Origin: Azolla caroliniana
Lineage: Eukaryota; Plantae; Polypodiophyta
Assembly (NCBI GenBank): GCA_043228905.1
Contig: JBHGNT010000022.1
Coordinates: 3,968,001-4,032,000, forward strand
Direction: 5' to 3'
Length of the DNA stretch: 64,000 nt
Of this stretch, positions 50,122 through 60,908 are shown in pieces; the first letter of the stretch is position 1, and every line of letters begins with the position of its first letter. Under the pieces are notes generated by a model. That model saw nothing but the letters and a program-made list of their open reading frames with translations. It had not been told where the DNA came from and made no database searches. A program made the position numbers and the translations under genes.

Positions 50122-50615
50122 TATCAGGAATAGTACTAAGACAGAGAGGGAATTAGTACTAGAGATGAGGATTAGTACTAAGAGGGGAAAAGATGTATTG
50201 TCAAGAATAGTACTAAGACATAGAGGGAATTAGTACTAGAGATGAGGATCAGTACTAAGAGGGGAAAAGGTGTAGAACTCTCGGGAGAAGAAGAAGAGAG
50301 AGAGAGAGAGAGAGATGGTAACAAACGATATATTATATTATATGAAGAGAATATACAAGAATAGCTAGGAGGCTTAAGATTGGCGTTAACCGAATTGGTT
50401 CTCAATAATGCCATGTGCCTCTTTTTATAGTATGCTTAGAAGTACTCTTGATATTTCTAGAATGTTCCAGAGAAATCTAGAATATACATGGATTTCCTAA
50501 GTGAAATAATATTTTTTATATTTCAATATATAGCTTAATGGTAAGGCTTCAACCCATGTGACAAAAGGTCATGGGTTTGAATCCTTTTGAAGCCATACCA
50601 TGCTATATCATGACA
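50122..50615 (-). repeat. 5' LTR of element A
   Basis: Direct repeat of 11680-12182. Confidence 0.9.
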
Positions 50616-50618
50616 CTA

Positions 50619-50830
50619 ATGTATCTTGATACCCATGTTATTATATTATTTACCATTACTTCCTTGGACTAAGAAGAAGACATTGCAAAATATGTTGTAA
50701 CCTCTTTGATTCATGTTGTGGCGGAAAGGAGAAACAATGGGAGGTATGTGGATTTCATGGGTCCATTTGACAACTCCGAAATGGTTAGGTGGTGCAACAA
50801 TATTGGATTTGGTGTAAAAAATTAGCTAGA
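50619..50830 (+). pseudogene. Continuation of the L1 ORF2 interrupted at 11679
   Basis: ILIPMLLYYLPLLPWTKK..WISWVHLTTPKWLGGATILDL. Confidence 0.75.
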
Positions 50831-51108
50831 GTAATTATGTTATGCGGAATAGATTAGAGATGTGTGTTATGTGTGTGTGAAAGAGGAGAGAAGAGACACA
50901 AGATAGATATGAAAATAAAAAGACTCAAATCTATATTAACAAGGAGTAAGAAATACAATAGAAAACAATCAACCAAGTACAAAAGAGGGAGATTCTGAGG
51001 TGTGCGTTATATAAAGTCACCCTCTCTCTACATTCTCTCACTGAAGCTCATGTGTCATGGGGAATGTGGAAACTCATTAGTTATGTGTCATTAGTTCATG
51101 TTTGAGTG

Positions 51109-51391
51109 TGTTGGGAAATTGGTCCCTCCGGATGGGATCCGATTATGAATGAGGAGATCTGGAAACCGGATCGGATGGAACCGGTGTGAACCGGAAGAGA
51201 TCTGGAAACCGGATCGGATGGACCCAGTGTGAACCAGAAGTGAAGACATATTTGTAAATATGTTTTGAGTAAGCCTATTGAGGCTACATTTGTAAATAGC
51301 CCTAAGTTGATATAAGTATAAATATGACTTAGGGCAATCACTTTGTGAGCTAGGTGAGAGGGTTGTCATATTGTTGTAGAGATAACTCTTG

Positions 51392-51422
<31 letters not shown>

Positions 51423-54078
51423 TGTGTGTGTGTGTGTGTGAGTGATACTCTATTGTAACCACTGGCTGGCGAAGATATAGAGCTTGAGGTTGTTGCCTCC
51501 GAGGCTCTGTTTGTACCTTTTTGATATAGTGATAGTTTGGAGTCTGTGGGCTCCCGTGGTTTTTTCCCATTAGGGTTTTCCACGTAAATATTCTTTGTAC
51601 TCTCTACTTCTTGTTTCTGTGTTTCATTCTCATTTCTGTGATTCAAGACTCGGTTGTGGCTGAGCTATATTCCACGCTATTCTCTTCAATCTAGTATTAG
51701 AGTGAACAACACAGGAAATGCAAGAATCGTTCGGCGGCATGTTCAAGCTCACCAACTCCAACTACTCAGTGTGGAAGTCGACGATGAGGGCTATGCTGGT
51801 GGTTAAAGATCTTTGATTGCCAGTTTAGTTTGGGGACAAGAGACCGGACAAGATCGACGCCATAGTGTGGGAGGTGATGCACATGAAGACTACGACATAT
51901 ATCCGGTGCTTCATCGACATGAGCCTGTACAACAACTTCAATGAAGAGAGCAAGGCTCATGAACTTTGGGAGAAGATCGGTATCATGTTCCAGAACAAGA
52001 ATGTTGTTAATCGGGTTTTGGTATTCTGAAAGCTAGTGAGGCTTCGGTACTAGGACGGCTCTAGTATGGCGGAGCACATGAATGTCTTCTAGAGGCTGAT
52101 ACATCAAGCCACCTCGTGAAGTACCTCTCGCCGACGAGGTACTCGCATTACTCTTGCTCAGTTCCCTCTCGGATAGCTGGGAGACGCTAGTTGTCACGTT
52201 GGGCAACGCTGGGCCGGAAGGAAAACAGTTGTCCCTAGCAAGGGTAAAATCAAGCTTGCTAGATGAAGAAGCTCGCCGGAAAAACCGGGAGTCCGGAACC
52301 GATCTGAAGGCCTTGTTCACGAAAGATGACAACAACTGGGGAAGAGGCCGGTATCGGAGTCCCCAGAACCGGGACAAATCAGGGACGAGGTCGAAGTGAA
52401 GGGGGAGGCCTACTTGCTTCTACTATGGGAAGCCAGGGCACTTCTAGAAGAACTGCCGGCACTTCCGGAAAGAGAATGAAACTGGCACTACCGATTCGAA
52501 GAAGAGTTTGGACTGAAATGGTTCGGAACGGAGAAGCCTGGATTGGAAGGAAACGTCGACAATTGCGACAAGTAAAAAAGAACTGATGCTCATTACCGAA
52601 GAGAATGAGTTAAACCTTGTCGGCGATGAGACAACGTGGGTTGTCGAATCTAGAGTGTCGTTCCACCTAACACCGAATCGGAAATGCTTCTCATCCTACA
52701 CAGCCGGTGATCATGGTTGTGTCCGGATGGGGAATGAAGGTACATGCCAAATTATCGGCATAGGAGATGTTTTGTTGACGACATCAACCGGATGCAAGTT
52801 GTTGTTGACGGATGTCTGATACGTTCCAGAGGTTTGACTGAACCTAATATCAGCCGATCGGTTAGATGATGAAGGCCACACGGTAGCATCCAGAATGGAG
52901 TTATGAAGTTCAGCAAAGGGAGCCTAATAGTGGCTCAAGCCTGGAAGGTCAACACACTATACTTGATGCATGCCCAGATATGTAGGGAAGAAGAAGTGAA
53001 TGTTGCATCTGACACTGCCAATGAGCTGTGGCACAAGCGACTGTGTCACTTGAGTCAAAAGGGGATGAAGAGACTTGTCGAAGACAATCTCATTCCAGTG
53101 AAGGACCTGCAACTTGAGAAGTGCACCGATTTCCTGGCCGGCAAGGAAAACCGAACCTCCTTCCGGTCAAGACCACCGATGAGACGGAATGCATCATTGG
53201 AGCTGGTGCATACCGATGTGTGTCTACTGGACACGAAGTCACATGCTGGATCGCAGTACTTCGTGACGTTTAGAGATAACCACACCAGGAAGCTGTGGGT
53301 CTCATCGTTGAAGATGAAGGATCAGGTGCTATCCGTTTTCAAGGAACTCCACTCGAGAGTGGAAAGAGAAACCTGCCGAAAGCTGAAGGCGGTCGAGCGG
53401 ACAACGAAGGAGAATACCGAGGGCAGTTCGAGGACTACTGCTTTCCCGGTCAAAGGGAATCCGGCTCGAATTCACCGTGCCGAAGACGTCGGAATTAAAC
53501 GGGATGGCTGAATGGATGAACCGGACCATGATGGAGAGAGTCTGGAGCATGCTGGCACATGCAAAGTTACCCAAGACATTTTGGGCTGAGGCACTGACGA
53601 CGACCACCTATGTGATAAAAAAATCACCCTCAGTACGCTTGGACGGAGACACACCTCAAAGAGTTTGAATTGGTAAGGATGTGTCTTATCGGCATCTAAA
53701 GGTGTTCGGGTGTCTTGCATATGTGCATGTTGCAAAGGATAAGAGAGCAAAGTTGGATTCGATGTCCAGGCCATGCATATTCTTTGGATACGACGATGAT
53801 GAGTTTGGTTACTAGGTGTGGGATCTGGTCAACAAGAAGGTGTTCCGGAGTCAGGACATGGTCTTCATGGAAGACAGGACCATTGTCGACTGGGAGTCGG
53901 TGAAGAAGGTGATGAACTCCGTATCATCCAATGAAAACCGGCTTGACGACACAAGGATATACCCGGTTGAAAACCGGATGGTAGCCGGTATCCGGATGAC
54001 ACTCGATGAACCGGCCGGATACGGACGAGAAACCGAACGGACCGAAGAAGAAGAAGAAGAAGGAGACACCGAAACCGG
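51109..54078 (+). mobile_element. Ty1/copia element (Tnt1/Tork-like): 5' LTR, gag, protease and integrase; degenerate and interrupted at 54079
   Basis: LTR at ~51109-51688; degenerate iMet PBS TAGTATTAGAGT near 51692. Motifs LLSSLSDSWETLVVTL, WVVES..SFHLT, LWHKRLCH, LELVHTDVC, NGMAE.MNRT, HLKVFGC. Confidence 0.88.
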
Positions 54079-54681
54079 TGTCGTGAAGATTTTCGTCCAT
54101 AGGGGGAAAACAGGGTGGAATGGGCAAGTCGGTGGTGTGCAACATGTGCACACGTATACTAGGAAATGGTGTATAGAAATAAGAGGGGAAAATTTATCCC
54201 ACATTCTAAGGTCCCTACCTCCTTGGGCTATAAAAGGAAGGGAGGTGTCAGGAATAGTACTAAAGCAGAGATGGAATTAGTACTAAGAAGAGTAGTACTA
54301 TTAGTACTAAGAGGACGGGACTGCGTAAGATTCCCGAGAGAGAGAAAATGAGAAGAGGAGAGAGAGAGAGATAGGATGATGACAGCAGCTCTTATATTAT
54401 ATGAAAGATAAGTACAAATCGGCTAAGAGGCTTAAGACTGGTGTTGAACCAATTTGGTTCAAAACAATGCCTTGTGCCTCCTTTTATAGTGTTTTTAGGA
54501 ATAATCCTGAAGCTTCTAGAATGTTCCAGAGAGATCTGGAATATACATCAATTTTCTATGATAAAGTATAAATGAAAATAATATCCTACAAAATACAATT
54601 CATTGTCATGATGGTAAGAGCTCGACCCATGTAGCATAAGGTCATGGGTTCGAGTCTTGCCATCATGACACCATCTCCCCC

Positions 54682-57600
54682 TTAAAGACGACGAGTGGAA
54701 CGAGTCGGTGCTAAGTGCGGACCGGGTTTGTCCGGATACTTTCGGTGGAAATCAGCAAGAAGATCTTGTGCATTGGCAACATGCTCGACGGGTTCCCAAG
54801 TACGTTCGCTCGGACTATAACCGAGCCAATCGACCAAGTAATAAAGTTTGTTGCGAACAAGTTTGGAATCGAGGATGGCAGCAACTTCATACTCCGGGCC
54901 GGCGTCCAACTCCAGCGGGGGCGGCGGTGGTGTCACACGATCGGGAATGGTGTTTGCTTTATAAGGCTCAAGAAGAGAGCAATGGAAAACCGGATGTATC
55001 TGAAGCTGCGGAGGGAGATCAAGGCGGAAGGTGACATCATTAATCTTCCCCGTAATACGGAAAGGACCGAGTCGTCGATAATCCAACTTGTCGCACGGTC
55101 GAGTAGTCTTGATGTGACGACGTAAGAGCCATACTTGATCGCCGATGGCAAAAGAGGAGGGAATCCGATGACGATCCGCATAAGTCTTCTATGTGTGTTG
55201 AGCATGATGAAGGTGAGTAGAGAGATCCATCTGGATCTTGCGTAGCCTCTCCAAATGGTCCTCGGCACGAGGGTTGGTAGGTAGCTCCGGAGTGTCGATC
55301 ACCGACCAGCGAGGATGGAAACCGGTATAAGCGAGAAATGGGGAGACCCGAGTCGAGGAGTGAATAGCATTATTATACGCAAACTCCGCAAAGTGGAGAA
55401 TCTCAGCCCAATCGTCCTGTTGATAACTCAGGAAACACCGGAGATATTGCTCCAACGTTTGGTTTGTTCGTTCCGCCTGTCCGTCAGTTTGAGGATGGTA
55501 GCCGGAGGAGAGGTTGCAGGAGACCTTGAGCATCCTGAAGAGATGCTGCCAAAATTTGGAGACAAATTGCGGGCCTCGGTCACTGATAATACTGTCTGGT
55601 AGGCCATGATGCCGAAATACCTCACGCATAACAAGAGCGGCGGTTTCCTCGCTAGTGATGGCTTTAGTACATGGCACAAAATGTGCCATCTTCGTATATC
55701 GATCGACGACGGTTAGGATAGCATCGAACCCCTTCGAGACCGGCAGATCTGTGATAAAATCAAGACAAATAGACTGCCATGGCTTACTTGGAATTGGTAA
55801 AGGTTCCAACAAGCCATATGGATGGTGTCGTGGCATCTTTGCTCGGCAGCAAGCATCACAGGTCCGAACGTAGTCGTCGACAAAACGGCGCACGTGGGGC
55901 CACCAAAAAGATCGCTGCACTAACTCCAACGTCTTGGTACTACCGAAATGTCCCGCCGTATGGGTGTCGTGACAATGTTGGACGATTTGAAGGCGACAGG
56001 AGCAATCGGGGACATATATGCGCTTTTTAAAGAATAACAAACCATCATGATATTCGAATTGTCGGTAGTCAATACCTGGTTGTTGAGACTGAGAACAAGA
56101 TGCCCGAGAAGTATCAATGTGCGCCAGGATGTCTTGAGCAAAACTATCCGTCTTCAAGGTTGCACGTATGTCATCGGTAATCCGTGAATCCATCGGGGTG
56201 TGAAAAATCCGCGTCGTGTGCAATCGTGTTGGTCCCAAGATTACTTGTTTTTTATTATCAAATGTTGCGTCACCAGGACGAGGTGCAAGATATGAACGCC
56301 GTGATAGTGCATCTACTTTTCCTTGCTACTTCCCCGGTCGATATGTGATTTCGAAGTTGAAACGCGTGAGGAATTGCGCCCACCGAGCTTGTCGTCGATT
56401 TAGTACGCGAGCGTTCTGAAAATAAGCAAGATTTTTATGATCGCTAAAGACAATGACCTGATGTGGAGAGCCCTCTAAGAAATGCCGCCATTGTACAAAT
56501 GAATCCACGATGGCTAATAACTCCTTGTCATGTATTTCGTAGTTGATTTCTGCGACATTGAATTTGCGCGAATGGAAAGCCACCGGATGCAACTCTTCTT
56601 TATCGCCTTGTTGAGAAAGGATGCTACCGAGGGCGAAATCTGATGCGTCGGCCTCCATGATGAATGGTTTGCTTATATCCACATGAGCTAGAATCGGTGC
56701 TGATGTAAAGGCTTTCTTAAGATGCCGAAAAGCCATATCTGCTTCGATGGACCAAAGAAATGCTTGGCCCTTCTTCGTAAGTTGTGTGAGAGGTAAAATA
56801 ATCTTCGAGTAATCCTGTATAAACTTACGGTAGAAGTTAGCAAAGCCTAGAAAACATTGTACATCTCGTACCGACCGTGGAATTTGCCACTCTAGTACAG
56901 TTTTGATTTTAGCTGGATCCATGGCTATGCCCTTTGAGGAGATGACGTAGCCTAGAAATTCCACTTGCTTGCAGTCAAAGCTACATTTCTCTAACTTGGC
57001 ATAAAGACCATTCTCGCGGAGTCGCTTTAGTACTAATAGTACATGAGAATCGTGCTCTTCCTGGGTCTTCGAATAAATCAACAAATCATCCAGATAAATG
57101 ATCAAACAGATATCCAAGAGGTCTCTGAATATATCATTTGCCATGTGTTGGAAGACTGCGGGTGCATTGGTTAGGCCAAACGGCATAACAGTATACTCGA
57201 AATGCCCATACCGCGTGCGAAAAGCGGTCTTCCATTCATCTCCCGGTCGGATCCGCACGAGATTATACGCTCCTCGTAGGTCGATTTTAGTAAAAAACTT
57301 GGCACCATTAACTCGCTCTAAAAGACTTGATATAAGAGGAAGTGCATACCTATTCCGGATGGTGACTTTATTCAATCCGCGGTAATCAACGACAAGACGA
57401 AGTGAGCCATCTTTCTTCTTGACAAAGAAGATGGGTGCACCGGCCGGAGATTTCGAATGACGGATGAACCCGCTTGCCAAGTTCTCCTCTATGTAGGCTC
57501 GAAGGACTTCTAACTCGGTGGGTGACAAGTTGTAAATTGGTTCCCATGGTGGCTCGGCTCCTGGTTGTAAATCGATGGGACAGTCATAGGGACGGTGATG

Positions 57601-58253
57601 AGGAAGGGTACCGGCTTTTACCTTGTCAAATACATCGGCATAAGGATGATATTTTGCCGGAAGTTGTATTGAGGAGTCCTTCTTAATAGTGCTAGAAGGA
57701 TGTATTGATATGGCAAATAGGAACATTGCCTCCATGGGTCCTTCTTCGCGTAGGTGATGGAGTGAAATGGTCGAAACTCGGTGAGTTGCTTCTTGGGGTG
57801 GTCGATATCGGACTTCTCTTGTTCTCCAATCTATGGCTGGATTATGTAATTCAAGCCAAGGTAATCCTAGGACAATGGGATGCTCTGGACTACTAATTAT
57901 ATTAAATGATATATACACACAAAACTACCTAGGACAACTTGAATGGGTTCTGATTCTTCTACAATATTCCCGGAAGCAATGGGACGACCATCAATGACCA
58001 CTACAGATGCGGGACAAGGAAGTTTTCTTAAGGATATCTGAGAAGCTTGGGCAAAATTTCGATCCATGAAACAGGAATTAGCTCCGGAATCTAAAAGTGC
58101 TAGGACGGGTACTGGGGGAGTACTTTTAGTACTAACAATGACTTGGGCTAGGAACACATTGCTAACTTGCTTGGAAGGAATGGAACCACTAATGGGCTGT
58201 ACAGATCTAGGGCTGCTGTCCAACCAAATGGCTCCTATTTTGGCTGGACTCAA
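54682..58253 (-). pseudogene. pol of element E (PR, RT, RH, IN, chromodomain); one frameshift near 57915 and TAG stops at 56326 and 55189
   Basis: LLDSGAN, IYLDDLL, EADASD, integrase HHCC, ISDRGPQF, YLVDWLGYSPSERTWEP. Confidence 0.93.
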
Positions 58254-59407
58254 TCGTTTAACTCTTCATCTAATTGACTAAGGATTTCAAATTTATTTGA
58301 GATACTTGGGCTATTAGTACTATGAATACTATCTGACACTCTATTAGTACTATTAATACTATCAGACACTCCAAAGGGAAGAATTGACTCGGGTTTAGTA
58401 CAGGCGACGATTTGATTTACCTGTCTTCTTGGCCTATGAGGACAATTGATGGCGATATGTCCTGGTCCACCGCAATAAAGACATAATCGATTGGCACGTC
58501 GTCGTTGCTTTTCTTCTTCCGATAACGGGCCGCGTCGACGCATGGTATCGATCTCCATCGGTGTCGAAGTATTTGCTTGAGGTATGTCTCGTGCAAACGG
58601 TTTAGCCGCGACTGCGGCGTAAGTGGGCTCTGGCCTAGAGCGTGGTATCTGTAATTGACGTTCTGAACGCCGTTCAAAAAGGCGGTTGTCACATCGAACT
58701 GCTCGACTGATTGCCTCCGTAAGAGACTTTGGTTCTTTGGGGAAAGTTAGAAGTAGATCTTTGACATCGTTTCGCAAGCCATAGCGAAACTGCTCCATTA
58801 GTGCTTGATCATCCCAGGGTATATCTGAAGCAAGTAGGCGGAAATCCGCCGCGTAGGCAGAGGCTGGACGATCGCCTTGACGCAATCGCCGGATCTTGTT
58901 GATCGCTGTCCTGATGTTGTCGGTGTCTCCAAAGCAGGCTTTAAACTCACCAATAAAATCTTCAAAGTTATTAAGTAAGGGTGATTGTTTTTCTAGAAGC
59001 GGAGCAAACCATGCCAAGGCTGAGCCGCTAAGTAGCGTGCCTATTAGGCCGACTCGAGATGCATCAGTGGGATATCGGGAAGGATGCATCTGGATGACTA
59101 AGCGTACCTGATTAAGGAATCCCCGGAATTGCGAACGCGTTCCATCAAATTTCACAGGAAGTCCAATCTTGGGCTCTTTATGAAATCCTTGGGGACTGGA
59201 TCCTTGTTGTTGCAACGCTGCTTCGAGTTGTTGTACCCGTAACGCTAACTCCCCATGTTGTTGTTGCGTTTGTTGTTTTTCCAGAGCGATTTGTTGCAGA
59301 TCCCCTATCAGCCGTTGGTTTTCTTGTTCCAGGGCAACAAACTTTTCTTTTAGGCACTGTAGCTCGGAGAAAACGGATTGGTATTCTTGAGCGCTAACCG
59401 TAGCCAT
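58250..59407 (-). CDS. Intact Gag of element E (385 aa)
   Basis: Coiled coil, KFDGTRSQFRGF, LRQGDRPASAYAADFR, and the knuckle CLYCGGPGHIAINC. Confidence 0.92.
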   Translation of the reverse strand: MATVSAQEYQSVFSELQCLKEKFVALEQENQRLIGDLQQIALEKQQTQQQHGELALRVQQLEAALQQQGSSPQGFHKEPKIGLPVKFDGTRSQFRGFLNQVRLVIQMHPSRYPTDASRVGLIGTLLSGSALAWFAPLLEKQSPLLNNFEDFIGEFKACFGDTDNIRTAINKIRRLRQGDRPASAYAADFRLLASDIPWDDQALMEQFRYGLRNDVKDLLLTFPKEPKSLTEAISRAVRCDNRLFERRSERQLQIPRSRPEPTYAAVAAKPFARDIPQANTSTPMEIDTMRRRGPLSEEEKQRRRANRLCLYCGGPGHIAINCPHRPRRQVNQIVACTKPESILPFGVSDSINSTNRVSDSIHSTNSPSISNKFEILSQLDEELND

Positions 59408-60177
59408 AGTATAGGGAAAAGGGTAGGAGGATGAGGGAGAGTGACAAGTAGGCTAGAGGGAAAAATTGGTTCAAACTGTCAGGAATAGTACTAAAGCAGA
59501 GATGGAATTAGTACTAAGAAGAGTAGTACTATTAGTACTAAGAGGACGGGACTGCGTAAGATTCCCGAGAGAGAGAAAATGAGAAGAGGAGAGAGAGAGA
59601 GATAGGATGATGACAGCAGCTCTTATATTATATGAAAGATAAGTACAAATCGGCTAAGAGGCTTAAGACTGGTGTTGAACCAATTTGGTTCAAAACAATG
59701 CCTTGTGCCTCCTTTTATAGTGTTTTTAGGAATAATCCTGAAGCTTCTAGAATGTTCCAGAGAGATCTGGAATATACATCAATTTTCTATGATAAAGTAT
59801 AAATGAAAATAATATCCTACAAAATACAATTCATTGTCATGATGGTAAGAGCTCGACCCATGTAGCATAAGGTCATGGGTTCGAGTCTTGCCATCATGAC
59901 AGGAGGGATCACTTATGAAGGGGTTGCCCATTTTGAGTTAGAAGGGTATACCACTTAGGTCTAGGGGTTAGGTAGTGTTCTTCCTCTTCATCTTATTCTT
60001 GTTCCCTTAAGGTTTGTACTTTGGGTCTTCACCCTCTTTCATTTAGGGTTTTGTCTTGGTTTCTTCTTCTTCTTCTTCTTCTTCTTCTTCCCCTTCGTGT
60101 CTATTGAGGGTTTAGCCCGGCGAAGATCTTGTATGTTCTGTGAGGGTTTATTTCTGCTCGGCCTCCTGTGCAAGACC

Positions 60178-60908
60178 TGACAGGAACACACGCTCCCGAT
60201 GAACAACGCTCGGCAACAACCGAGCTTAGAATCAAAACACAGAAAAACGGGGAATGAATGCACAACACAATAGAGAGAAGAGAACACAGGATGTTAACGT
60301 GGAAAAACCCAAACTAGGGAAAAAACCATGGCAGCCCACAGACCGCAAATTATCACTATGTCAGAATGTACAAATGGTGAAGAACTGAAGCAACGACCTC
60401 GAGCTTTCTATCTTCGCCACATGCGGCGGTTACAACAGAGGCAACGACCTCTTCCTCTCTCTCACTCTCTCTGTACACAGTTGCGCGCTCTCATTTGGCG
60501 CCAACAAGAATGACAACAATTACATCAAAGAGTTTGCCCTAAGTCATATTTATACTAATATGACTTTCCGGTTATTTACAAATATAGCCCCGATGGACTC
60601 TTAGAAACATATTTACGAATATGTCCCTTCATCCGGTGAGCACCCCTCACCGGGCCTGCATCATCCGGCGCTTGTCGGGCACATGTCATTCGGTTCTCAC
60701 CGGGTCTTCACCATCCGGCTCTTGCCGGGTACTTGTCATCCGGTTCTCACTGGGTCTTCCGTTGCCGGGTACTCGTCATCCGGTTCTCACCGGGTCTTCC
60801 GTAGCCGGGTCTTCCACATCCAGTTTCGCCACATGTACTGTTCATCCGTAGTTTACTCATCAGTACTGTTCTTCTCACTTCCCATCCGGAGGGATATGTT
60901 TCCTAACA
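60178..60908 (-). mobile_element. Copia-type solo LTR (731 bp) related to the LTR at 51109, with internal ~39-bp CCGG-rich repeats
   Basis: TG...CA termini and TSD AGACC. The minus-strand start TGTTAGGAAACATATCCCTCCGGATGGGA resembles TGTTGGGAAATTGGTCCCTCCGGATGGGA at 51109. Confidence 0.85.

Larger units (their letters stand above)
11680..50615 (-). mobile_element. Element A: chromodomain-bearing Ty3/gypsy (Tcn1-like chromovirus), expanded to 39 kb by nested insertions
   Basis: LTRs at 11680-12182 and 50122-50615. TSD ATGTA at 11675-11679 and 50619-50623. Internal pieces: 12190-12978 (integrase/chromodomain, YLVDWLGYSPSERTWEP), 22851-23568, 35816-35844, 46111-46580, 46923-48417 and 48914-50050 (gag). 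Confidence 0.9.
54246..59901 (-). mobile_element. Element E: very young full-length Tcn1-like chromovirus
   Basis: 425-bp LTRs at 54246-54670 and 59477-59901, identical by eye. TSD GGAGG. PPT complement at 54675-54683. Confidence 0.96.

Noticed and set aside
50529-50596. A bona fide tRNA gene
   Set aside because: A and B boxes are present, but I could not build convincing acceptor and anticodon stems. It is reported only as a tRNA-like module.
53816-54280. 154-aa ORF as a distinct gene
   Set aside because: It is a copia integrase tail reading through into the LTRs of F and E.
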